Source of the DNA: Clostridia bacterium
GTDB lineage: Bacteria > Bacillota > Clostridia > RGIG6154
DNA length: 45,891 bases
Assembly: GCA_045589295.1 (NCBI GenBank)
Contig: JAZNOU010000006.1
Coordinates: forward strand, 1-45,891
Reading direction: 5' to 3'
A program made the position numbers and the translations under genes. How positions within the stretch are numbered: the stretch's first letter is position 1; each line of letters starts with the position of its first letter. The notes under the pieces are model-generated. The model was not told where the DNA came from and did not search any database. It saw only the letters and a list, made by a program, of their open reading frames with translations. Positions 9,961-19,408 of this stretch are shown one piece after another.

Positions 9961-10209
9961 TTATTTACTCTTTATTTCATCAACGCAACTTTTGCAAATA
10001 CATTTACCTTTGAACAAAGCCAGATTTTCTGTTGTTCCGCAAATGACACAGCTTTTGTTGTCAAATCTCTTAACAACAACTTTATCGCCATCTCGATAAA
10101 TTTCAACAGGTGTGTCTTTTTCTAGTCCTAAAATTTTTCTTATATCCTTTGGTATAACAATTCTGCCTAGTGCGTCTACTCTTTTACCATTTTCTGTAGT
10201 TTTGCTCAT
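9961..10209 (-). CDS. abrB: AbrB family transition-state regulator
   Basis: RVDALGRIVIPKDIRKILG N-terminal domain and C-terminal CVICG...ICKSC zinc motif; start at ATG 10209. Confidence 0.88.
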   Translation of the reverse strand: MSKTTENGKRVDALGRIVIPKDIRKILGLEKDTPVEIYRDGDKVVVKRFDNKSCVICGTTENLALFKGKCICKSCVDEIKSK

Positions 10210-10231
10210 TTTTATCCCACCCTTCGATAAC

Positions 10232-10260
10232 ATTTTACAGCATTTTAATAAAAAAGTCAA
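10232..10260 (-). promoter_or_regulatory. Sigma-A-like promoter for abrB
   Basis: Minus strand TTGACT-N17-TAAAAT. Confidence 0.6.
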
Positions 10261-10318
10261 TATTTTCTTGCTAATTTTTGGAATTTTTTAGGATTTTTTA
10301 CCATAAAAAATTCCATTG

Positions 10319-10325
10319 TTCGACA
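10319..10325 (-). promoter_or_regulatory. Spo0A box upstream of abrB
   Basis: Perfect TGTCGAA on the minus strand; a near-match TATCGAA lies at 10223-10229 just after the -10 element; Spo0A repression of abrB is established in Bacillus. Confidence 0.55.
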
Positions 10326-10357
10326 AGTGTAATTTATGAGCATTTCATTTTATTTTA

Positions 10358-11758
10358 TTATGTTAATTCACCATCTAATGACCACGTTTTTGCATCTGTA
10401 ATTTTAACTTTTATAAGCTTGCCTGTTAACTCTTTACCGCCTTTAAAGTTTACAACTTTGTTTCCTTCAGTCCTTCCTGACATTGTATCAGGGTCATTTT
10501 TAGATGGTCCGTCTACTAAAATTTCAACCGTCTTTCCTACAAATTTTTCGTTGCTTTTTTTAGAGTGAACATTTTGAACTTCCAAAAGTCTTTCAAAGTT
10601 TTTCTTGATTTCGTCATCTGTTAAAACCGGATCCATTAAAGCCGCTTTTGTACCATCTCTTTTTGAATAAATAAATGTAAAAAGTCCGTCAAAACCTACT
10701 TCTTCAACCAGCTTTACAGTTTCTTCAAAATCTTCGTTTGTTTCTGTCGGAAATCCCACTATAACATCGCTGGTAAGAGCAATATCGGGCATTTTTTCAC
10801 GAAGTTTTTTTATTATTTCAAGATATTTTTCTCTTGTGTAGCATCTGTTCATATCAGAAAGCACCTTGTTACTTCCAGATTGAAACGGCAGGTGCAACTG
10901 ATGACAAACTTTTTTACATTGTGCCATAGCACTAATTAATCTGTCTGAAATATCCTTAGGATGCGATGTTGCAAAGCGTATTCTTTCAATACCGTCTATT
11001 TCATTAACTTTCTCCAGAAGGTATGCAAAGTCAGGTTTTCCTTCTAAATCTTTTCCGTAAGAATTTACATTTTGCCCCAAAAGTGTTATTTCTTTATATC
11101 CTGCTTTTGCAAGCTCTTTTACTTCATTCAAAACCGCTTCAACACTGCGGCTTCTTTCTCTTCCTCTTACGTAAGGCACAATACAATAAGTGCAAAAATT
11201 ATTACAGCCATACATAACCGAAACCCATGCTTTATGCTTATCATCACGGCTTACGGGGATATTTTCTGCAATTACTCCGTCGCTTTCAACTACATCTTTT
11301 ACTCTTTTCTTTAGTGCTTGTTTTAAAATTTCAGGAAAGCGATAAACAGAGTGGGTGCCGAAAATCATATCAATATGCTTAAACTTTTCAGAAAGCATTT
11401 TTGCAACTTGCGGTTGCTGTGCCATACATCCGCAAACACCGATTATAACATCCTTTTTTCTTTTGCTTTTTAAAAATTTAAGTGCGCCTACGTTTCCTTT
11501 TAACTTTTGTTCTGCATTATCACGGACTGCACAGGTGTTAAACAATATTACATTTGCATTTTCACGGTCTTCAGTTAAGGTATATCCCATTTCCACAAGC
11601 ATACCTTTTAGACGTTCTGAGTCATTTTCGTTCTGCTGACAGCCATAAGTTACAACACAGGCAGTTTTTTGCTTGCCTGATTTTAAGTTCAAATCTCTGA
11701 CTTGTGCAGCAATTTTTTCCTGTTGTTCAATTTCTGCTAAACTTATTTGTTTTGACAT
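10358..11758 (-). CDS. miaB: tRNA ms2i6A37 methylthiotransferase
   Basis: TYGCQQNENDSE, NTCAVR, GCMAQ, GCNNFCTYCIVPYVRGRERSR, LLGQNVNSYG, C-terminal TRAM domain. Confidence 0.97.
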   Translation of the reverse strand: MSKQISLAEIEQQEKIAAQVRDLNLKSGKQKTACVVTYGCQQNENDSERLKGMLVEMGYTLTEDRENANVILFNTCAVRDNAEQKLKGNVGALKFLKSKRKKDVIIGVCGCMAQQPQVAKMLSEKFKHIDMIFGTHSVYRFPEILKQALKKRVKDVVESDGVIAENIPVSRDDKHKAWVSVMYGCNNFCTYCIVPYVRGRERSRSVEAVLNEVKELAKAGYKEITLLGQNVNSYGKDLEGKPDFAYLLEKVNEIDGIERIRFATSHPKDISDRLISAMAQCKKVCHQLHLPFQSGSNKVLSDMNRCYTREKYLEIIKKLREKMPDIALTSDVIVGFPTETNEDFEETVKLVEEVGFDGLFTFIYSKRDGTKAALMDPVLTDDEIKKNFERLLEVQNVHSKKSNEKFVGKTVEILVDGPSKNDPDTMSGRTEGNKVVNFKGGKELTGKLIKVKITDAKTWSLDGELT

Positions 11759-13195
11759 TTAATTTTCCTCAAGTAATTTATTTTTTATTTCCCACAATGG
11801 TTTTGACAAGTCTACATAATACTTGTGCGGATTTTCAAATCTTTTAACTTCGTCCCAAAGCTTGTCTGTTTGGTCTTTACAATAATTTCTTACCTCAGAA
11901 AGTGGCTTTGGCTGATAAATACATTTTCCGTTTTCAAAAACTTTAACAAGAAGTTTTTGCGCGGTAAAATTAGTCACCGTCTTTTTCTTCCATGTGTGCT
12001 CAGGGTCAAAAATCACGTATTCTTTTGTATCGTCAATCACCTCATCGTGAAGTGTGACAACATCTGCAATTGCCTTGCCTGTTTCGTTTGAAAACAGTCT
12101 GTAAAGCATCTTAAATCCTGGCGTTGTGATTTTTGCAACGTTTTCGCTCTTTTTGATTTTAGGGATTATTTTCCCGTCTTTTTCAAGTGCCACAAGCTTA
12201 TACACCCCACCGAACACAGGCTCTGATTTAGATGTGATAAGCCTTTCACCAACACCAAACGAATCAATTTTTGCGCCCTGCATCAAGGTATCTCTTATAA
12301 TATATTCATCTAATGAGTTTGACGCCATAATCATACAGTCTGAAAAGCCCTCTTTGTCTAAAACTGCTCTGACTTTTTTTGAAAGATATGTTATGTCACC
12401 ACTGTCAATTCTGACACCTTTAGGACGTTTGCCCATAGGCCCGAGCACTTCTTTAAACACCTTAATAGCATTTACTATTCCCGATTTTAAAACGTTATAG
12501 GTATCAATTAAAAGTACACAATTATCGGGATAGTTTTCGGCATACGCTTTAAATGCCTCATATTCTGAGTCAAATGCCTGAATCCAGCTATGTGCCATTG
12601 TACCTACCGCTGGAATATCAAACATTTTTTCGCAAATAGTACAAGCTGTTCCATCACAACCGCCAATATATGCCGCTCTCGCACCATAAATTGCTCCAAA
12701 TGCTCCCTGAGCGCGTCTTGAACCAAACTCAAAAACTTTTCTGCCGTCTGCTGCACGAACAATCCTTGAAGCTTTGGTTGCGATAAGGCTTTGATGATTT
12801 ATGGTAAGAAGCAACATTGTTTCCAAAAATTGCGCCTGAATAAGCGGTCCTTTTACCACGCAAATTGGCTCATGCGGAAAAATTGGTGTACCCTCAGGTA
12901 CAGTCCACACGTCACAACAGAACTCAAAATTTTTAAGATATTCCAAAAACTCTTCTGAGAACATTTTTTTAGACCTTAAAAATTCAATATCTGTGTCTGT
13001 AAAACGTATGTCTTTCATATATTCTACAAGCTGCTGCACCCCGCACATAATTGCAAAACCGCCGTCTTCCGGGATTTTTCTGAAGAACATATCAAAATAT
13101 CCTATTTCATCTTTCTTGCCTTGCATAAAGTAGCCGTTTGACATTGTAAGCTCATAAAAGTCTGCAAGCATTGTAAGATTTAAATTATTTTCCAC
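11759..13195 (-). CDS. pncB: Nicotinate phosphoribosyltransferase
   Basis: DFYELTM, EFGSRRAQG, GTMAHSW, LIDTY, VRIDSGD, DSFGVGE; likely GTG start at 13195. Confidence 0.95.
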   Translation of the reverse strand: MENNLNLTMLADFYELTMSNGYFMQGKKDEIGYFDMFFRKIPEDGGFAIMCGVQQLVEYMKDIRFTDTDIEFLRSKKMFSEEFLEYLKNFEFCCDVWTVPEGTPIFPHEPICVVKGPLIQAQFLETMLLLTINHQSLIATKASRIVRAADGRKVFEFGSRRAQGAFGAIYGARAAYIGGCDGTACTICEKMFDIPAVGTMAHSWIQAFDSEYEAFKAYAENYPDNCVLLIDTYNVLKSGIVNAIKVFKEVLGPMGKRPKGVRIDSGDITYLSKKVRAVLDKEGFSDCMIMASNSLDEYIIRDTLMQGAKIDSFGVGERLITSKSEPVFGGVYKLVALEKDGKIIPKIKKSENVAKITTPGFKMLYRLFSNETGKAIADVVTLHDEVIDDTKEYVIFDPEHTWKKKTVTNFTAQKLLVKVFENGKCIYQPKPLSEVRNYCKDQTDKLWDEVKRFENPHKYYVDLSKPLWEIKNKLLEEN

Positions 13196-13243
13196 TTTAA
13201 ACTCCGCCTCTTCTCCCAAAAGTTTCTCTTAAATTTAAAAATC

Positions 13244-13271
13244 AGGTTTGCCGCTAAATAGCTGCAAACCT
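13244..13271 (-). terminator. Stem-loop upstream of pncB (possible weak terminator)
   Basis: AGGTTTGC...GCAAACCT stem followed by GATTTTT on the minus strand. Confidence 0.45.
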
Positions 13272-13288
13272 TTCACTTTAGCCTTATA

Positions 13289-13699
13289 TTATTTTTGCGG
13301 TTTATTTACATTCATAAAGTAGTAGACTACTTCGTAAACGTAAAACAACAGTGCAAAAACTGCCGCTGCCACATATCTCTTTGCAGTATACATAACCAGA
13401 TTTATGTATAAAGGTATGTTAATAACATAATAAAATTTCAAAAAGAGTGCAATCAATAAAACAACTGCGCATATGGTAATGTAATATCCAAGGTTTTTTC
13501 TGCCAAGTGCTGTAAACACCACACACACTATTATTCCTGCAACTGAAAGTGCCATTAAAGCGTAAAGTATACTCGGCATATTTATTGCCATTGCGGAAAC
13601 AGAACCTTTATACATAAAGAACAATAAAAATTCTCCCAATATAATATAAAGTGTTGACAGTAAAAATCTGTTTACGACTGCTTCGTTTTCTCTTCTCAT
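13289..13699 (-). CDS. Hypothetical membrane protein (about 4 TM helices)
   Basis: 136-aa hydrophobic ORF with AAAGGA RBS, co-oriented between rsmE and pncB. Confidence 0.75.
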   Translation of the reverse strand: MRRENEAVVNRFLLSTLYIILGEFLLFFMYKGSVSAMAINMPSILYALMALSVAGIIVCVVFTALGRKNLGYYITICAVVLLIALFLKFYYVINIPLYINLVMYTAKRYVAAAVFALLFYVYEVVYYFMNVNKPQK

Positions 13700-13796
13700 A
13701 CCTATCTTAAAATCCTTTCTTTAATTTGCAGAAATTTGCAAATTTTGTTGTGATACTAAAAATCATCAAAAGTAAACCTTTACCAAAGGCCTCTTT

Positions 13797-14525
13797 TTAT
13801 ATCTCTCCGAAACAAAACATTAAAATACTTAGTGTTGAAATTGCGGCTGTTTCGGTACGCAAAATTCTTTTCCCAAGTGTAACAAGAGGAATGTCTTTTT
13901 CTTGCATAAGCTCTGCCTCAGTTTTGGAAAATCCCCCTTCAGGACCTATTATGTATCCTGCACTCTTAACATTTTTATTGCACACAAGCTCTCTTAACGA
14001 GCCATCCTTTGCACATTCGTAAGGCGCAAAACAAACCTCATTTTGTTTTAAAAGCTCTAATGCTTTTTTAAAATTCACAGGTTCTTTTACCTCTGGCACC
14101 GTGGCACGCTTACACTGTTTCGCGGCCTCAAAAGCAATTTTTTGCCACCTTTGAGTCTTTTTTGCTGAGTCTTTTATCTTAACTACCGAAAACTCGGTTT
14201 CAACAGGCACAATTTCAGCAATCCCAAGTTCTGTTGCTTTTTGGATTATAAAATCCATTTTTGCTTCTTTTGCAATACCCTGAAAAAGCACCAACTTAAT
14301 CTTTGGCTCTGCCTCTGATTCAAAAATATTTTTTATTTTAACTGAAGCACTTTGCTTTGAAACATTGTCAATAACAGCCTCTGCAACATAACCGCTTCCG
14401 TTAAAAAGTTCAAGCTCATCACCTGGATTAAGTCTTAAAACTCTGACGACGTGAACTGCCTCATCACCCGTGATGCAAACAATATCACCAATGTTAAATT
14501 TTTCTTCCACAAAACATCTGTGCAT
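13797..14525 (-). CDS. rsmE: 16S rRNA m3U1498 methyltransferase
   Basis: HVVRVLRL, IIQKATELG, EAAKQC, IIGPEGGFS, LGKRILRTETA. Confidence 0.97.
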   Translation of the reverse strand: MHRCFVEEKFNIGDIVCITGDEAVHVVRVLRLNPGDELELFNGSGYVAEAVIDNVSKQSASVKIKNIFESEAEPKIKLVLFQGIAKEAKMDFIIQKATELGIAEIVPVETEFSVVKIKDSAKKTQRWQKIAFEAAKQCKRATVPEVKEPVNFKKALELLKQNEVCFAPYECAKDGSLRELVCNKNVKSAGYIIGPEGGFSKTEAELMQEKDIPLVTLGKRILRTETAAISTLSILMFCFGEI

Positions 14526-14646
14526 AATTATTCCCTCTAATTTTACTATTTTGAACTTAATTTGTCAATATTTTAACACAAAATAGTTGATTATTTTTCA
14601 AAATTTGATATACTTATATGTAAGAACTTAAAAAAAGGAGAAATCT

Positions 14647-15015
14647 ATGAGTACAAATGAAAATTTAAATCCCGTCTTTTTCTATACTGCAAAATCAGAG
14701 AGCGAAGCACTTGTTATCATTTCAAAGCTTAAAGCCCACGGAATAGAAGCTTTTGTCAAACGCGACGATGCAGGGGCTGTAAGCAAGCTGTACACAGGTC
14801 AAAGCGTTACAGGTGCCGATATTTATGTGCCATACAATGCGCTTTTTGATGCAAACAACATTTTATCAATCAACGAGTCGGACCTTGAGCCTTTTGGTGG
14901 ACAAAGCACTATAAAAGACACCTTTGAAAAAGGTTTTATCAAAAAACTTATTATGTTTGGTACAGCAATAGCAGTTCTTGCAGTTGCACTTTACTTCTTA
15001 CTTAAAATTGCATAA
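14647..15015 (+). CDS. DUF2007-like protein with a C-terminal TM helix
   Basis: EALVIISKLKAHGIEAFV...ADIYVP pattern; AAGGAG RBS; upstream TTGATT-N16-TATACT. Confidence 0.7.
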   Translation: MSTNENLNPVFFYTAKSESEALVIISKLKAHGIEAFVKRDDAGAVSKLYTGQSVTGADIYVPYNALFDANNILSINESDLEPFGGQSTIKDTFEKGFIKKLIMFGTAIAVLAVALYFLLKIA

Positions 15016-15025
15016 CAAAATTTTG

Positions 15026-15047
15026 AAAGAGGCTTTTGCCTCTTTTT
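15026..15047 (+). terminator. Rho-independent terminator
   Basis: AAAGAGGC-tttt-GCCTCTTTTT. Confidence 0.75.
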
Positions 15048-15158
15048 ATATTAATTGTACCAAAAAAATGTTATTTTTTCAAGCACTTGATTAATTTTAC
15101 ATTATGTGATATACTTTATTGACAGTTTTAGGTTATATTTAAACAGGGGGGAATTATT

Positions 15159-16319
15159 ATGCCATATAGTGAAGCCGCTTCAAAGTTTGCAGAGCTTATC
15201 AAAAGTCAGCTCGAAAGAAACGAAAGAATTAAGGCACAAAAAGAATTTACTGATTACGAAAAATTAGACAAAATTATAATCGGTGTCGCAGCAGGTGATG
15301 GAATAGGTCCTGCAATCACCAAAGAAGCTGTTAGGGTTTTGGAATTTTTGCTTGACAAAGATATTAAATCAGGTAAAATTGAACTTAAGATCATTGATGG
15401 TCTTACTATAGAAAGAAGAGCGCAAGAAAACAAAGCTATTCCTGATGATGTGTTGGAAGAACTCAAAAAATGTCACGTTATTTTAAAAGGACCAACCACA
15501 ACACCAAGAAAAGGTGACCCATGGCCAAACGTTGAAAGTGCAAACGTTGCAATGAGAAAGGAACTTGACCTTTTTGCAAATGTTCGCCCTGTTAAAATTG
15601 AAGAGGAAGGCATTGACTGGACATTCTTCAGAGAAAACACCGAAGGCTCTTATGTATTAGGCTCATGCGGTATTAATGTTACCGATGAAGTTGCATTCGA
15701 TTTTTGTGTTGCAACAACTGAAGGTTGCGAAAGAATTGCAAGAGCGGCATTTGAGTATGCAAGAAAAAACAAAAAGACCAGAGTGACCGCAGTTACAAAG
15801 GCAAACATAATTAAAACAACAGACGGAAAGTTTTTAGATATTTGCAAAGAAGTTGCAAAAGAATATCCTGAAATTACATTTGATGACTGGTACATTGACA
15901 TCATGACTGCAAAACTTGTTGACCAGAAAAGACGCAGAGATTTCCAGGTGTTCGTGCTTCCTAACCTTTACGGCGACATTATCACCGACGAGGCGGCAGA
16001 ATTCCAGGGCGGTGTAGGCACTGCAGGCTCAATCAATATGGGCAAAAAGTATGCAATGTTTGAAGCAATTCACGGTTCTGCTCCAAGAATGGTTCAAGAA
16101 GGCAGAGATATTTATGCAGACCCATGCAGTATGATAAAAGCCGCATCGCTTTTAATGGCACATATTGGATACTTTGAAGAATCAAATCTCTTAGAAGAAG
16201 CAATGAACATCTGTGTGTTTAAAGAAAAGAAGCTTGTTATGACAGGAAGAGATACCGGCGCAACCTGCACACAGTTTGCAGACTATATTATGGATACAAT
16301 CAAAAAATTACAGGCATAA
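15159..16319 (+). CDS. Isocitrate/isopropylmalate family dehydrogenase
   Basis: GDGIGP, ILKGPTTTP, SANVAMRKELDLFANVRP, RENTEG, TKANI, PNLYGDIITD, FEAIHGSAP; promoter TTGATT-N17-TATACT at 15087-15115. Confidence 0.93.
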   Translation: MPYSEAASKFAELIKSQLERNERIKAQKEFTDYEKLDKIIIGVAAGDGIGPAITKEAVRVLEFLLDKDIKSGKIELKIIDGLTIERRAQENKAIPDDVLEELKKCHVILKGPTTTPRKGDPWPNVESANVAMRKELDLFANVRPVKIEEEGIDWTFFRENTEGSYVLGSCGINVTDEVAFDFCVATTEGCERIARAAFEYARKNKKTRVTAVTKANIIKTTDGKFLDICKEVAKEYPEITFDDWYIDIMTAKLVDQKRRRDFQVFVLPNLYGDIITDEAAEFQGGVGTAGSINMGKKYAMFEAIHGSAPRMVQEGRDIYADPCSMIKAASLLMAHIGYFEESNLLEEAMNICVFKEKKLVMTGRDTGATCTQFADYIMDTIKKLQA

Positions 16320-16320
16320 G

Positions 16321-16346
16321 AAAGAGGGCATACGCCCTCTTTTTTT
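16321..16346 (+). terminator. Rho-independent terminator
   Basis: AAAGAGGGC-atac-GCCCTCTTTTTTT. Confidence 0.8.
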
Positions 16347-16389
16347 AACTTTAAATAAATTTTGGCATATAATAAATCGGGGTGAAGTT

Positions 16390-17421
16390 ATGAATTATTT
16401 AGATGCCGAAATTTTAAAACAAGCAAACACACAGGCAGTTTACAATCTGTATCTTTATCTATCAGACAAAGTTTTCCCCAGACAAAATGAAACTTTAGAG
16501 TCTGCTGTCAGCAAACTTAATTCTGTACGGCTGTCCGACACAGACAAACAAAAGCTTTCTATTATACATAAAGCCTTAAACAACTATGATATTGCAAGCT
16601 CTACAATAAACAACTATACTTACTCGAAAAGAGGACTTACTGCGTGTACATTTACTTCCCCCCTTGGCATATCTGTTGTGTTCAAAGGTACAGGTTCGGG
16701 AGAGTGGATTGATAACGGCGAGGGGCTTTCAGGTATTCCTGAAACAAACACTTACATAACCTACCCAAACGGAAGAAAGACTTATACAACAGTAAAAAAC
16801 GACTTTGCCACAGACCAGCAAACACAGGCTCTTAACTGGTTTTACAAATTATGCCATAAAAACAGTTGGGACGAAAATTCCAACATAACTGTTTCCGGTC
16901 ACTCAAAGGGCGGTAACAAAGCGCAGTTTATCACAATTCACTCGGGTGTTGTAAAAAAATGTTTCAGCTTTAACGGGCAGGGGTTTTCTCCTGAAGCATT
17001 AACATCAATGGAAAACGCATATAAGAAAAATTATGACATAAGAAGACAAAAAATTATAAGCGTTTGTGCCCACAATGACTATGTAAACGTTTTAGGAAAC
17101 CATCTTATGCCCGAAAATCAGGTTTACTATTTTAAATCAGTTCCCACTTTTCACCCGATAGAAGATATGATTGATGATAACGGACTTTTAAATTCCCAGT
17201 GCAGAAAAGGTCTGCTTTCTGAATATGTGCAGTCGATTTCAGATGAACTAATGACTTTAACCCCTGACACAAGACAATATGTAACCCGTGCAGTTATGAA
17301 CATTTTTCAAAAATATCTTGGTGACAATCCTTTAAACGACGATTATGTTTCTCTTGAGGAAACTATTGCAGGAATTGCTATTGCAATTTCATTTTTATTT
17401 CGAAAATTTAAAAAAGTATGA
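16390..17421 (+). CDS. DUF2974/Mbeg1-like alpha/beta hydrolase (lipase class 3-like)
   Basis: VVFKGT...EWIDN, nucleophile elbow VSGHSKGGNKAQ, FNGQGF, DYVN; ATG 16390 behind GGGGTG. Confidence 0.8.
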   Translation: MNYLDAEILKQANTQAVYNLYLYLSDKVFPRQNETLESAVSKLNSVRLSDTDKQKLSIIHKALNNYDIASSTINNYTYSKRGLTACTFTSPLGISVVFKGTGSGEWIDNGEGLSGIPETNTYITYPNGRKTYTTVKNDFATDQQTQALNWFYKLCHKNSWDENSNITVSGHSKGGNKAQFITIHSGVVKKCFSFNGQGFSPEALTSMENAYKKNYDIRRQKIISVCAHNDYVNVLGNHLMPENQVYYFKSVPTFHPIEDMIDDNGLLNSQCRKGLLSEYVQSISDELMTLTPDTRQYVTRAVMNIFQKYLGDNPLNDDYVSLEETIAGIAIAISFLFRKFKKV

Positions 17422-17442
17422 GTTTTTGCTCATACTTTTTTT
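17410..17442. terminator. Bidirectional terminator
   Basis: AAAAAGTATGAG-tttttg-CTCATACTTTTT between convergent genes. Confidence 0.75.
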
Positions 17443-17459
17443 GATTTGAAATTGATTTT

Positions 17460-18449
17460 TTACATATGTTCTGCTCTGTGTTTACGTGCTCTTGCAAAAT
17501 AATCGTCCATTCTTTCGATTTCAAATTCGTCAATAATATCTTCGACTGTTTTGCCATCTTCGCCGTTATAGGTAAGCATACAGCAACCAACATAACCCGG
17601 ATCGTAAACTGTAAGGTCTGTTTTATATTTTTCTTTTGCCGCAATAAATTTGCTCCTGTTGTAGTCAATGTGGCAAAGTCTGTAGTCAAGGTTTACTGTT
17701 GCAGTAACGTGATGTGTATAGTTTGTAGCAGTTGCAACAGTTTCGCCAAACGGATTTAAAATTCTGCCGTGACCCGGATCATATACACCGTTTCTTGTTG
17801 CCGCAACCAAATACGACTGACATTCATAAGCCCAGATCTGCTGTTTGATACCGCCGTGATATGCTGAACAAAATACAACAAGATCAGGATGCTGTTCTTT
17901 GTATTTTTCCATAAGTTCGTTAAAGTTTAAGTCAAAGCAAATTGCAGATGCAACAGAACCAATATCAAGATTAATTAATTTTGCTTCTGTTCCGTATGCA
18001 ATACCGTCGTGATCGTTTTCTCCGATTGTAAGGTGGTTTTTATCATATCTTCCTACAACACTGCCATCTCTTCCTATATAAGTGGTGGTGTTTCTGAAAG
18101 GATATTTTTCTTCGTCTGAAACAAATCTGCCCTGACAATATGCAATATTTGTGTTGTTGTCTTTAGCAATAGTACCTAAATATTCTTCAACTTTTGTACC
18201 AAGATATCTGTAATAATCCTGCATATCTTTCCAGTATTCGGCATCGCTTGCATGTCCGGTATACTGAGAGTTGAAACGTATGCAGTTTTCGGGAAATACG
18301 ATAAGGTCCGGTTTGCTTGGGAGAACCATATCAATTTTTTCTTTAAGATACTGCCTGGTTTCTTTTTCGTAAGCTGTGTAATTTCCTATTGGTGTACTTA
18401 ACCTTGGAAGTTCAAGTGATAAGACACTTATTGTTGTGTTTTTTGCCAT
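17460..18449 (-). CDS. Carbon-nitrogen hydrolase (nitrilase superfamily)
   Basis: Glu-Lys-Cys triad motifs PDLIVFPE, YDKNH, AICFDLNF; RILNPFGE. Confidence 0.88.
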   Translation of the reverse strand: MAKNTTISVLSLELPRLSTPIGNYTAYEKETRQYLKEKIDMVLPSKPDLIVFPENCIRFNSQYTGHASDAEYWKDMQDYYRYLGTKVEEYLGTIAKDNNTNIAYCQGRFVSDEEKYPFRNTTTYIGRDGSVVGRYDKNHLTIGENDHDGIAYGTEAKLINLDIGSVASAICFDLNFNELMEKYKEQHPDLVVFCSAYHGGIKQQIWAYECQSYLVAATRNGVYDPGHGRILNPFGETVATATNYTHHVTATVNLDYRLCHIDYNRSKFIAAKEKYKTDLTVYDPGYVGCCMLTYNGEDGKTVEDIIDEFEIERMDDYFARARKHRAEHM

Positions 18450-18451
18450 TT

Positions 18452-19243
18452 TCAAGACCCCTTTTTCAAATATTTTTTTCTATATTCAGTAGGTGTAATG
18501 CCTACATTTCGTTTAAAGTTTCTGCTGAAAGCGTGTATGCACATATACCCTGTGCTTTCAGAAATTTCTGTTATGGACATATCTGTTGATGCAAGCATTA
18601 ACTTTGCTTTTTCAAGCCTTTTATCGTTAACAAACTGCATAGGTGATGTTGCCCATATCATTTTGAATTTTTTTACAAAATATGTTTTGTTGTATCCTGC
18701 TTTTGCAGCAAGTTCTTCTAAAGTTATCTCTCTTCCTATGTTTTTTTCAACATACGCTTCGAGTTTTACTATTATCATATCCGCATTTTTTTCTGAATTT
18801 GATGAATTTTCTCCTGAAGAAAGATCTTTATTGAATTCACGTGCGGCATAAGTTAAAAAAAGTTTAAGTGCCGAATTTGCCGCATCCATGCTGTATGGTT
18901 TGTTCGAAAGTCCTTCTTTTGCCGCAAGAATAAGCATGGTTTTCATAAAAACAACATCGCTTAACTGAAATTCACCGGGAACATTTTTCAAATGCTCGTT
19001 CAATTCATCGTTATGTACGCGGAATTTGATTTCCACAAGCCACATCTGGCTTCCTACAGTCATAGCGTGCAAATCACCGGGTTTGGCTAAATACACATAA
19101 TCGCTTTTTGCGTTGTATGTTTTATCACCAATTATGATTTTACCGCCTTTTCTTCTGCAGTAAAGAAGTTGATAAAAATCGTGGGTATGAGCATCTGTTG
19201 TGCAGGCAACGTGGTCATTTAACCACATAATATCAATATCCAA
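18452..19243 (-). CDS. AraC family transcriptional regulator
   Basis: N-terminal cupin (HTHDFYQL...PGDLH) and C-terminal HTH (FSRNFKRNVGITPTEYRK); TTG start behind AAGGAGG. Confidence 0.93.
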   Translation of the reverse strand: MDIDIMWLNDHVACTTDAHTHDFYQLLYCRRKGGKIIIGDKTYNAKSDYVYLAKPGDLHAMTVGSQMWLVEIKFRVHNDELNEHLKNVPGEFQLSDVVFMKTMLILAAKEGLSNKPYSMDAANSALKLFLTYAAREFNKDLSSGENSSNSEKNADMIIVKLEAYVEKNIGREITLEELAAKAGYNKTYFVKKFKMIWATSPMQFVNDKRLEKAKLMLASTDMSITEISESTGYMCIHAFSRNFKRNVGITPTEYRKKYLKKGS

Positions 19244-19265
19244 TTTTATCCCCTCCTTTAACTTG

Positions 19266-19294
19266 ATTATACTAAAGCGGTAAGACCATGTCAA
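19266..19294 (-). promoter_or_regulatory. Consensus sigma-A promoter for the AraC-nitrilase unit
   Basis: Minus strand TTGACA-N17-TATAAT. Confidence 0.75.
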
Positions 19295-19408
19295 CGGGAA
19301 ATAAGAATTTTTGACAAAAATTTAATATTTAGCAGAATTTTTGCAGTATAAATTATAGATAATATGTGCTACAATTGTGTTAAAGAATACACAAGGAGTG
19401 AAAATATA

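Noticed and set aside
13244-13271. Hairpin upstream of pncB as a possible NAD riboswitch
   Set aside because: A single simple stem without recognisable riboswitch features; kept only as a possible terminator.
13732-13745. Palindrome AAATTTGCAAATTT and an overlapping CodY-like sequence
   Set aside because: AT-rich and low in information; no independent support.
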